A stretch of 64,000 nucleotides of DNA, taken from Negaprion brevirostris (taxonomy: Eukaryota). Position 1 is the first letter of the stretch; each line of letters starts with the position of its first letter. Both the position numbers and the translations under genes were made by a program. Of the stretch, positions 53,118-64,000 are shown in pieces. Under the pieces are notes generated by a model, which made no database searches, was not told where the DNA came from, and was given only the letters and a program-made list of their open reading frames with translations. The DNA lies in the NCBI GenBank assembly GCA_030324005.1, contig JARDVH010000149.1:22080116-22144115 (forward strand), written 5' to 3'.

Positions 53118-53480
53118 AGGGTAGGCGGTGTCCTGATAATGTCATTGTCCTCATAATCTAGAAGCCCAGGCAAATACACTGGGCCATGGGTTCAAATTCC
53201 ACCATAGCACCTGGTGGGATTCGAATTCAGTTAAACCTGGAATATAAAGCTTGTCTCAGTATTGGTAACCATGACAACTATCAAAAATCCATCTGAATCA
53301 TTAATGCCCTTTTACAGAAGGAAATCTGCCATCCTTACTATCTGGCCGAAGTGTGTTTCCAGACACTCAGGAGTCCCTCTGAAATGGCCTAACAAGTCAC
53401 TCAGTTCAAGGGCAATTAGAAATGGGCAATAAATGCTGGCCTAGTCAGCAACACCCACCTCCCATGAAAGAATTTTTAAA
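53118..53480 (+). mobile_element. Shark tRNA-derived SINE (family B)
   Basis: Full head-to-tail match with the other family B copies. Confidence 0.8.
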
Positions 53481-54734
53481 AAGCAACTGACTTGAGATGT
53501 AATTTGACATGCACTCGGATTGTTACTTTTAAACAAAATATAGATACTTAAAGCACTGTTTCGCTGATTATAACAAAAGTAATAATTGTTTTCAAGTTTG
53601 TTAAAGTTTTCTAGTTTTGCTTGGTAATTACTGATGATACTGTAAGGAATCCAATAGAAGCCCAACTTTTCTGATGGTGATTTGAATACTGAGTATTGTT
53701 TCATTCTGGTTTAATTTTCAGTGAGTGAAAAGCTGTCTTTCCTCTGCATTTCAGACCATACTGTATTTCTCATTGTATTGCTTTTTGATAATAAATGTTT
53801 TCTTGCAAAGTTTCTTCTTTTTCTTTATACTGTTGCATGCATTCAGGTATACTAACGAAGCAGTATAAATTGGCATTTGGCAGTTAGAGTCCTCCTGTGC
53901 CCCTACAACTACATTTTTACAAAGGAATCTTTCCCAAGTTTATTCTTTCTACTTACTGACGCTGCCAAGTGGACACTTTTTCACCTATTTATTTTATCAA
54001 AGATCCTAATAATTTTCAACACCTCGGTCAGATCTCCTCTTGGTACTCTCTACTGTAATGAACTGAACCCCAGCTTTGTCCCAAGCCAGATATTCAAAGG
54101 TATTAAATTATTGGTTCAACCCTTACAGGTTGAACATCAATTCTGAAATTATTATAATTTTTGTAGCCATTTGCAAAGCTCCTACTTCATGCTGATCAAG
54201 TGCTAATTATTTTTCCCTCAATTTGATCAAAAAGAATAATGTGAAGTAAGTACTTGTAATTGGTGTAAATTTGCAATATTTACAAATTAAAATGACAGCA
54301 AGAGCGTGGACAAGTATATGATATGTTCCACTCTATGATGTAAGTTGATTATTTTTACCTTGACTCTTGAAAAATTGTTTATTAAAGAAGTAACTAAAGG
54401 ACTAACAAATATCTTGCCACTTGTAACTAACAACCTGAGAATGATAGATATATCATCAACTAACAGTCAACTAATGATAGATATATCAAATAACAAATTG
54501 CTGTTTGTTAAATGTGTGACCAAACTAAACAATAATAATTGAGGAAAGGAAATGGACTGTGACATTGGAGCCCTCCAATTAACCTGTCTGAACTTTCAAT
54601 TGCAGGCAACACCACAAGTATTACAAAATTAAGTTAGATTCCATTATATTTAAATTGAGATTTAGTCCAAAGTTTCCTGCTATGAGCACATCAAAACTGC
54701 TTTTTTCAAAAGAATCATGTTGCTTATTTCATAA

Positions 54735-55310
54735 AGAACATGAAAACATGAACCAGGAGCAGACAGTTCAGCCCCTCGAGTCCACTCCGCCATTCAGTAT
54801 GATCATGGATGACCTTGTCTCAGCCTCAGCTCCACTTTCCTTTTTGTTCTCCATAAACCTTCAACCCATTACTAATTAAATATCTGTCTATCTCTTTAGA
54901 TTTATTCAATGTCCTGGCATCCACCCACTCTAGAGAAGNNNNNNNNNNNNNNNNNNNNNNNNNNNNNNNNNNNNNNNNNNNNNNNNNNNNNNNNNNNNNN
55001 NNNNNNNNNNNNNNNNNNNNNNNNNNNNNNNNNNNNNNNNNNNNNNNNNNNNNNNNNNNNNNNNNNNNNNNNNNNNNNNNNNNNNNNNNNNNNNTTAACA
55101 TCTTACCAATCTCAATTGTGCAACTATACCCCTCAAGTAAGGGGTCCAAAACTGTGCACAGCAATCCAGGTTTGGCCACACCAATGCTACTTTTACACTC
55201 TTTTCCTTAAGGAATAATGCTGAAATTCCATTTGCCTTCTTTATTACCTGCTGTACCTGAATACTAGTTTTCTGTAATTCATTTAGATCCCTCTACACTG
55301 AAGCACTCTG
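54735..55310 (-). mobile_element. CR1 LINE 3' fragment spanning an N gap
   Basis: Antisense CR1 tail and 'ccaaaactgtgcacagcaatccaggtttggcc'. Confidence 0.75.
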
Positions 55311-57259
55311 AATTATAAAAAAAGAAAATCAACATCATCAACAAGCAGGTTATTAAATGAAGTAACTATCCATGTTAAAAGATTAGTAGACCACAAGGTT
55401 TCTAAGTTTGCATTTTAGTCCACTGAATTTCCTGATCTAAGTTGGCCTTTTTGTCAGGCGAAAGAAAAGAATCAGCCAGGTCCCGTGCCTCCTGTTACTC
55501 TCACTACTGAGCCCTGCTGTCTGGATATTGGATGAGAATAATTGGCTAGGTCCTCATTCTACACTGTAATAGCCTGTCAATAGGAATGACCAAAAATTGT
55601 CTGCAAGTTACACAAGGTGAGCTAAACTCCCATGAGGGGTTAAATTATATATATAGTAAAAAAATTGAAAAGGTATGGCCATTAATTCTGTCCATTTTTG
55701 TCTGAACACTTGAGAATGATTTCTCTGCTTTCCACACCTCTGGGAAGCACTTCTCCAGTTTTAGATTTTTTTTTTTACGTGTCTCACTTCCCATATTTAT
55801 GGTCATACAAACATTAGTAGTTGCCAAATGAGGTCTGAATTGTCAGTAAAATCCTTTTAAGGTTGTCTTCAGAGTGAGCATAGTTTAGCTTTTGCCTTGT
55901 ACTTTGTTCTGATCGTTTACTGAAATTACTGGGCTGTGGTTGTGATTTTGTTTTCATCAATCATTAAAAAGAAGGATGTCTGCACTGTACCTGGAGAAAC
56001 TATTCTTTGGTCATGTAGTATTCCCAAAATAAGAGTAGAGCTCCTACTTTGTCTTCAGTCCCAAATACTGATGATAATTGGTGCTTTTTTTCAGCATTAT
56101 TTTGGCCAATGGCAGATGTTTTGTTGTATCAATAAGAATGGCTGATGTTGTAAATATAAAACTTAAGGCATCAGACAGGTGCCCAATTTGCTTCTTGTGC
56201 TATGAATTTTTGCCTCCTATGAACTGATTTCACCCTGTTCTGTCATTTTATATAGGGCCCCTATATCCAAGTGAAAAAGAAGACTCCCATCTCTAGTAGT
56301 TGCAAAGGTAGATGAAATGATAGTATGTGAACCCACTGTGTCATCCAGTTCCATTCCTCTTCTGAATAAAAGGGGAAAGCAAACTGAGGGTCTACAATTC
56401 GCAAGAGGAGATATGTAAAAGGTGTAATGCCAGATTTAAATACTCAAGAGTCATAACATTTGAGGATTGAGGCTGTCTTTTTCCACAAAAAGAACTCAGA
56501 GTAACCCTTGGTCCAGTACCACAACTTTTCAACAACTTCTTCCTGGCTGTTGGTTGCAACAATTACCTGCAATAATTTGCTTATCTTTCTGTAACCTTCT
56601 GACAATATTCACTAATTATGTCCTTCTTAATAAGTGCTCAGTTCATTACTTACAACTATCTTATGATCTTTATTTAAAAGGTTTTCAGATGCCCAGCATG
56701 AGCGATGTCAGTAATTAAGAAAACATTCCTTCCAATTACATTTATATGAATTGAATTGTTAGGAGTTTGATCGGGATAATGGGGAGAAAAATTTTGTTGA
56801 TCAGTTTAATGCTGTATGAGTGATTCATGTTGAATTTGAGTGTCATTGTGGAAGTCTTTCTGCAGCCTTAGATGTTTCTATTCAGCGGATGTCAAAATTT
56901 TCCTGTAAGAAGTTTAAAAAAGATAACAATCTGGCTAAACTGATTTAATACAACATTTTCCCCACCAGCCTAAATAGTTTGCACCTCTAAATCTCTCCAA
57001 ATGAAGCACCAAACAATTTTCTGTTCCTCATTATTCTAGGCGAAGTCTTGCTTAAAGCAAATTTGAAAATATGAGGCATATAGGTGCCTGAATTAAATTA
57101 ATGACAATCTCAATATTTCCTCTAATTCTATAAGTAAAATCTGTTGTAGTTTAGAATCTGGACTAAAAGATTTAGTTACTGTAAAATTTAGGATGACCAT
57201 TCTAAATTGAACTGTTGCACTGATCTATGAAACTGGCCCTCTGTGCTAAATAAGGAAGT

Positions 57260-57520
57260 AACATATTTGCATTTATAGAGTGCTGTACAGCTTCAGGACA
57301 GTCCAAATAGTTTCACAGCCAATTAATTCCTTTATGAAAGTGTTGTCATTTGCTGTCAATTTGACCAAAATAAGGATCAACAGACAGTATTGAGATAAAT
57401 GTGTTTTTGATGGTGTTAGTGGAGGCGTGAAGATTAACCAGAATGCTCAGAAGTTCCTGTGCCCTTCACATGATGCTATTTATGTCCACTTGAGGGGTCA
57501 GACATAACCTGTGACTAAAG
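57260..57520 (-). mobile_element. Deu-domain SINE (SacSINE1/AmnSINE-like) remnant
   Basis: 'ttgcatttata...ttcacagccaatt...gtccacttgagggg.cagac' pattern. Related fragment at ~63715-63860. Confidence 0.55.
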
Positions 57521-57811
57521 TCCTGTCGACTTGGTTGTTGAATTGTGCAAATAATTATCTTCTTACATTCTCCTGATCTGCTATTTTAAATGCCACCTTT
57601 GACAAAAGGTGATCTGTTGTTAAAATTCTGAAAAAACTGGATAGAAAAGCAGGCAAATGCCCGAATTCAGGATACTTTTCAATATTTTGTGTTTCAGACA
57701 ATGCAATATAATACATTTCTTGATTTAGTCTTTTTCTTTCTGATTTTTAATGTGCTTTCTTCTGAGTCACATTTCAGTGATGGCCATTTCATTAATTGAA
57801 CTGAACTGAAT

Positions 57812-58127
57812 GGGCGGCACAGTGGTTAGCACTGCTGCCTCACAGTGCCAGGAACCTGGGTTCAACACCGGCCTTGGGTCACTGTGTGGAGTTTGCACTT
57901 TCCCCCTGTGCCTGCGTGGGTTTCCTCCTGGTGCTCCAGTTTCCTCCAATACTCCAAAGACGTGCAGGTTAGTTGGATTGGCCTTGCTAAATTGCCCCTT
58001 AGTATCAGGGAGATTAGTAGGCTAAATATGTAGGGGTTTGGGGATAGGGTCTGCATGGGATTGTCGATGCAGGCTTGATTGGCCAAATGGCCTCCTCCTG
58101 TACTGTAGAGATTCTATGATTCTATGA
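57812..58127 (+). mobile_element. Full-length HE1-like V-SINE
   Basis: tRNA head 'gggcggcacagtggttagcactgctgcctcacagtgccagg', V-domain, CR1-like tail ending (attctatg)2. Confidence 0.9.
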
Positions 58128-58879
58128 ATTCTTAATTAATACACACTTAAATATAGTGTTTTGAAAGTTAGCAATAATGGACTTTGTGTTTTTCAAATAT
58201 TAAAAATAAATAATTTCATATTGTAGGTGGAAACTGAAGATATGTAAAAAAAGACATTTAACTCTTTAAAATGATGAAATTTCTCTGCTCTCTGCTCTGA
58301 TTCTCTTGCATGTAATCTTGTCCATTGGCCTTTCATTGTTGCTCCCTCAACGATTGGCAACAATCCTTTATTCTACTGTGTTCAAATCTTTCATATTTTT
58401 AAACACTCTTTCTACAATATAGCCTACAGTCCGTGAGGTTCTAATGAAAAAATGCAACATTTTTCATGTCTTTCTTCAACTTTGTATTTCCTCAGACCAA
58501 GTACCACCCCAGTAACTGTACACTGTACTTTCTCTAAACCTCTTTTTTTTGTGGTGTGGTACACAGTCTCATTAATGTTTTATATTGGTTCACCATTGCA
58601 CCTCTGCTTTTATATTTTATATCTTTTGAAATAAAGTCTATGTTCTATTTTTTCTACGGAATGTTATCTCCTGGGGCGTTGCCTCTCTACATGTAAACCA
58701 ATCCTCTCTCACAACACAGAACATCCTTTTTATAGTTAAATGACTGCTGTTATTTTTATATCTGCTCGCCCTGTGAACAATTAAAATCCTAGAATAATAA
58801 TTTTATACCAGCTACTCATTCCTACCCTTCTCTATAATCTGACTATAGATTCGTTTTTCTTTATCCTGTTCAGAATTTG

Positions 58880-61818
58880 AAGGTCTATTGGAATGTAATC
58901 CAGTTTGGGTGATGGCAAGAAATAGTAGCAAAGAAAATAAGTTACTGGCAGGAGTAGTTTATAGGCATCATAACAGTAGCTTCACTTTATGGGGGCTTAA
59001 AAGAAAAGTGCTGCAATAACCATGAATGATTTTCTTCATCATAATTATTGTAAAAGTCAATTTGACAACAGCAGCCTCAAGAAAGTTCATTGCATGTATT
59101 GAGAACAGTTTCTCAGAATACTTTGTGGAACCAACCAGAAAAAAGATTATTTTAGATGTTGTAATGAGACTGGATTAATTAATGGTCTCAAAGTAAAGGA
59201 TACCAGGGAATAATGATGTTGTTATGTATGTTAAAAACACGTGGTACAGAGTCATCTGTGGTTAAAAACAAACAACAGTTTCAGCACAGGTATGCACGAG
59301 GAGTGCCCTCAGAATGCTCGAAGAAGCAATTCACAGTTACACGGTTTGTATTCATTATATCTGCTATCTTTGGGATTCCTCATCATTAACTCAGTGTTCT
59401 TACCTCGTAAGTCTAGTTTGTTACATTCGTAATTACAAATGAGTTTGTAACACAAACACGGGATGACCTATCTGCAATTAGTAGAACTTAGAAGACAATT
59501 ATGGAATGACCTGACCCTTGGCACATAAGATGTTCACAGTTTATTCCAAACATGAATTTTGTTTATCTATCCTGATATTTCATTGCAGTGCCTAGTCATC
59601 TGCATATCTCGACCCTAAAGTCAGACAATTAGTCTATTACAGTATAACTCATAGATCATTCATCAACTTTATTTTATCCGGACTCAGAGCCATTCCTTAA
59701 CTTATCATGAACAGGAAGTCATCAAATTCCTGGCTTACATAGTTTTTTATTAATTGCAAACATTTCTAAAATTTATATCTGCAATTTAGTCAAGCCTGGA
59801 TGGTCCCATGGATATGCCACTTTAGTAAGAAACAATGTATTGATAGAAACTTTGAACAAGTGTTTTGTATCTGTCTTTATGGTAGAAGGCACTAAAAGCA
59901 TCCTAATAATGGTCAGAAATCAAGAAGAGGAAGGAAAGAACTTAAAACAATCACTAGAGAATAAGTACGTGGAAAATTAATGAGAATAAAGGCTGACAAG
60001 TCCCTTGGACCTGATGGCTTGCATCCCAGGATTCTAAAAGATGTGACTGCCGGTATAGTGTTTGTATTTGTTATAATCTTCCAAAATTCCGTAGATTCAG
60101 AAAAGTTCCCAATGGATTGGAAAACCACAAATGTAACACCCTTGTTCAGAAATGAGGGAAATAGAAAGAAGAAACTAAAGGCCAATTACCTAACATCTTC
60201 ATTGGGAAATACTAGAATCCATTATTAGGGAAATGTAATACAAGCAGTGTCAACATGGCTCTATAAAAGGGAAATCATGTTTAATAAGTTTATCATCGTT
60301 CTTTGAGAATTTAACAAACAGAGCCAATAAATGAGAAACTTTATCTGTAATGTATTTGGATGTCCAAAAGGCATTCAGTAAGGTACGATATAAAAGGTTA
60401 CTACAGGAGGTAAGAGTTCATGGTGTAGGGGAAATATATTTGCATGAATGGAGGATTTGCTAATGAACAGGATATGGAAGGTCAGAATAAATTTTCAGGT
60501 TGGCAAACTGACAAGTGGGCTGCTCCAGGAAGCAGTGGGGGAGGTAATGGGCTACTGGTTTAATCGCTAGACTATTAATCCAGAAACTCAGCTAAGCTAA
60601 TGTTCTGGGGACCCAGGTTCAAATCCTGTCATGGCAGGTGGAGGAATTTGAATTCAATTAAAAAATCTGAAATCAAGAATCTACCGATGACCATGAAACA
60701 ATTGTCGATTGTTGAAAAAGCCCATCTGGTTCACTAATGTCCTTAAGGGAAAGAAATCTGCCATGCTTTCCTGGTCTGGCCTACATGTGACTCCAAAGCC
60801 ACAGCAGAGTGATTTGCTCTCAGGCAACAAATGAAATCTTTAAAAAAGTTCTACGGTTGCAATAATTCAAATTAAAAATTTGATAAAGGCATAGTGTTTG
60901 TTGCCCCATATTTGCTGATGATACAGAGGTGGGAAAGCAAGTTGTTAGAAGAGTACAGAGACTGCAGAGGAATGTGGCTAGGCACATAAGGCAAGCATTT
61001 GGCAGGTGGAATATAACATGGGAAAATGTGTGGTTACTACAGAACATTGGTGGGAAGGATAGAAAAGCAGAATATCGTTTGAATGGAAGCAGATCATACA
61101 GAATGTTAAGCTATTGTGGATCTGGGTGTCTTTGTATATGAATCGTAAAATTAGGATGCAGGTACAGCAAGTAATTAGGAAGGCAAATGGAATGTTGGCC
61201 TTTACTGTGAGGGGATAGAATATAAAAATAGGGAAATCTTACTACAGCTGCACAGCACGTTGGTAAAACAACACCTAGAGGACTGCGCCAAGCTTTGGTT
61301 TCCTTATTTAAGAAAGATATACTTGCATTGGAAGCAGTTCAGAGGTTTCACTCTGTTGATTCCTGTGATGAAGAGGTTGTCTTAGAAGGAAAAGTTGAAT
61401 ATATTGGACCTAATTGCAGTGAAGTTTAGAAGAATGAGAGGTGATCTTATTGAAACCCGATATGATACTGAGGGGGCTTAACAGAGCAAATACTGAGAGG
61501 ATATTTCCCCTTGCGGGGGAATCTAGAATGAGGGGACATACTTTCAGAAGAAGGGATCTCTTATTAAAACAGATGAGAAATTTCTTCTCAGAGTTGTGAA
61601 TCTTTAGAATTCTCTACTGCAGAGAGCAGTGGAGGTGAGGTCGTGAATATATCCAAGGACTGAGACAGATTTCTGATCTACAATGGAATCAATCGATGGT
61701 TATGTGCAGCATGCAGGAAACTGGAAGTGAGGCCACAATCAGACCACCTATGATCTTATTAAATGTTGGTGCAACCTCAAGGCCAAATGGCCCATTCCTC
61801 CTGTTTCTTATGTTCTTA
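58880..61818 (+). mobile_element. Long decayed CR1 LINE ORF2 (APE remnant, RT, 3' tail) with internal inserts
   Basis: APE remnant ~58880-59215 ('VEPTR..ILD'), 'KADKSLGPDGLHPRILK', 'DWKTTNVTPLF', 'YLDVQKAFSKV', 'FADDT', CR1 tail. Unrelated insert ~59220-59830 and SINE ~60537-60845. Confidence 0.85.
60537..60845 (+). mobile_element. Shark tRNA-derived SINE (family B) nested in CR1
   Basis: Interrupts the CR1 RT region; shares the core with other copies. Confidence 0.8.
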
Positions 61819-62139
61819 TATAAAGGACCCATTTTAACCTATGAGCTCTAACCATATTAACTATGTGCTCTTTAAGTCAAACTTCATAAATCCCTTATTT
61901 TGCCAGTACTTTCATTGTGCCTCCTTTCTTATCTTTCCTCTCCCTCTTGGATATCTTCTACCCTGACCTATTTATTCTCCATTTCTTTATTGTTATTAAG
62001 TCCAGCTTTTCTAGTAAAATAATTGCTACATGTATTCCCAGTTTATTTCCCATGGTCCTCATTGCAGTATATACATTTAAGCTTATTTTGTTCTTTAAGG
62101 CTATTCCATTCCCCTGATCATTTTTGTCTAAGTTACATT

Positions 62140-62805
62140 CATATAGAAACAGAGCCATAGAACATTACAGCACAGAAACAGGCCTTTTGGCCCTTTTTGG
62201 CTGCGCTGAACCATTTTTCTGCTTGGTCCAGGTGCAGGTCAGTGGGACTATAGCCCTCCACACCCCCCTCATCCATGTATCTGTCCAAGTTTTTCTTAAA
62301 TGCTAAAAGTGAGCCTGCATTTACCACTTCATCTGGCAGCTCATTCCACACTCCCACCATACTCTGAGGAACACCTCCCAATATTCCCTTTAAACTTTTC
62401 CCCCTTCACCTTTAACCCTAGTTTTTTTCCCCTCCCGTGGCCTCAGTGGAAAAAGCGTGCTTGCGTTCACTATCTATACTGATCATAATTTTATACACCT
62501 CTATCAAATCTCCCCTCATTCTTCTACGCTTCAGGGAATAAAGTCCCAACCTATTCAACCTTTTTCTGTAACTCAGTTTCTCAAGTCCTGGCAACATCCT
62601 TGTAAACCTTCTCTGCACTCTTTCNNNNNNNNNNNNNNNNNNNNNNNNNNNNNNNNNNNNNNNNNNNNNNNNNNNNNNNNNNNNNNNNNNNNNNNNNNNN
62701 NNNNNNNNNNNNNNNNNNNNNNNNTTCAACCTTATTAATATCCTTCCTGTAATTAGGTGACCAAAACTGCGCACAATACTCTAAATTCAGCCTCACCAAT
62801 GTCTT
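62140..62805 (-). mobile_element. CR1 LINE 3' end
   Basis: Minus ORFs 'VRLNLEYCAQFWSPNYRKDI', 'VQRRFTRMLPGLEKLSY..RLNRLGLYSL.RRRMRGDLIEVYKIM', 'VGVWNELPDEVV.AGSL..FKKNLDRYM'. Confidence 0.9.
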
Positions 62806-63714
62806 CTAGTCTTTCCCCTGTTTATAGTTGATCCATTTAATTTCAATCATTTACCACATATCTCTGTTATGATATTTTATACATGTCTTTTCTCCCTTAG
62901 CAGCTGAACTTAGTTTTTTTTGTTTTCTCAACCATCTATTTTCCTATCCATCCTTAAATGTACATCTTGATGAAGTAAAAACTTAAATTTGAGGTAAAGC
63001 AAACTTCTGTTTTATAAATTAGAAAAATCTATTTTCAATAATATTTGTGGTAACTTTTTTCTTATAAATATCTTTATTGCCCTTTTATTTCACCACGTGT
63101 TGTAAAAAATATACACAAACCTAAACTCCTTTTTAGCTTCTGCAGTAAATTATTTGTATTTGACCTTGTGCACGTCGTATTACTTTCAGCTTAATTATTG
63201 CAAGATGTGCACATCGTTAATGTAGCAGTAGCTGATGTTAACATAACTGGCATCATCGCTTTTGTTGAAATTCTATAATGTCATGGCTCTGAGGATTGGG
63301 TTCCTGCCAAGACTTCAGACGTACATTTTCCAACACTCCTTCTCATGATCACTATTTACAAATTACTTCAACTATGAGATTTTCCAGTACAATTGTGAAG
63401 AGCTTATTTGATCAGACTAACATTGCCAAATCATTAGGGGAGAAAAAGAAATGAAGAAAGGAGTGTGGGCAGAATTGTAAAGTTTATGTGTACAGTAACT
63501 TCTTAATAGTGTGCTACACATATACAGAAGCTCTAACTATAGTGTAGGGATTATGTCAGTCTGCAATTGAGCTGTCTCTTGAGCTTCAAGTTTCCAGTTT
63601 CAATTTAACTTTAAATCTCCCCACAGGAAAAAATGGAGGGTTGGCAGATGAAACTCTCTCACAAGTGGGAAAAGAAATTAGCATTATTGTGTGCACCCAC
63701 CAACTAACTATGGA

Positions 63715-64000
63715 AGAAAGGACTTGAATTCATTCATATAGTGCTTCTCACATCAAGACATCCCAAAATGCTTTATGGGCAATGAATTGTATTTTTAACG
63801 AGTGCAGTCACTGCTATGTAAGCAGGTGTAGCGGCCAATTTGTAGATAAGAACAATAATGTGTATTTATTTAGCAATGTCAATATAAAGTGCCCTAAGGG
63901 ACCCTTCACAGGAGCATCAACAAATAAAATGACACAATCGGGATATTAAGGAAGACTTAGTCAAGGGGATAGATTTTAATAAGCATATTAAGAGAGGTAG
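63715..64000 (-). mobile_element. Deu-SINE tail fragment followed by an L2-like 3' end
   Basis: Motifs shared with the 57260 and 52050 fragments. Confidence 0.5.

Noticed and set aside
57812-57880. tRNA-like sequences here and at 13808-14118, 22760-23067, 23905, 30549 and 53118
   Set aside because: They are SINE heads followed by SINE bodies, with no complete cloverleaf.
40000-64000. Exons of a neighbouring gene (RABGAP1 is the tail-to-tail neighbour in human) on the minus strand
   Set aside because: No recognisable peptide found by eye or in the ORF track. Small exons or UTR cannot be excluded.

Overview
AT-rich vertebrate genomic DNA, almost certainly from a shark, judging by the HE1/V-SINE, Deu-type SINE, CR1, Rex1, RTE, L2 and Penelope repeat families. 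The assembly is a draft with many N gaps. The window holds the 3' half of STRBP (spermatid perinuclear RNA-binding protein, the ILF3/NF90 paralogue) on the + strand. Eight phase-consistent GT-AG coding exons between 79 and 31486 encode the NLS, dsRBM1, linker, dsRBM2, an RG-rich tail and the C-terminus. The most notable signals cluster around the gene's 3' end. (i) A repeat-free, multi-stem RNA fold at about 29453-29809 appears to bury the branch point and AG of a hidden stop-containing exon (29796-29871), which has a TGCATG motif just downstream. (ii) A distal alternative last exon (39817-39911) has a reading frame interrupted by a single in-frame TAG. (iii) An ~870-bp Penelope-derived palindrome with hammerhead-ribozyme remnants lies just upstream of the penultimate exon. 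Together these suggest RNA-structure-dependent, possibly autoregulated, choice of C-terminus in a dsRNA-binding-protein gene; this is an inference. The rest is decayed retrotransposons. No other host gene was recognised.
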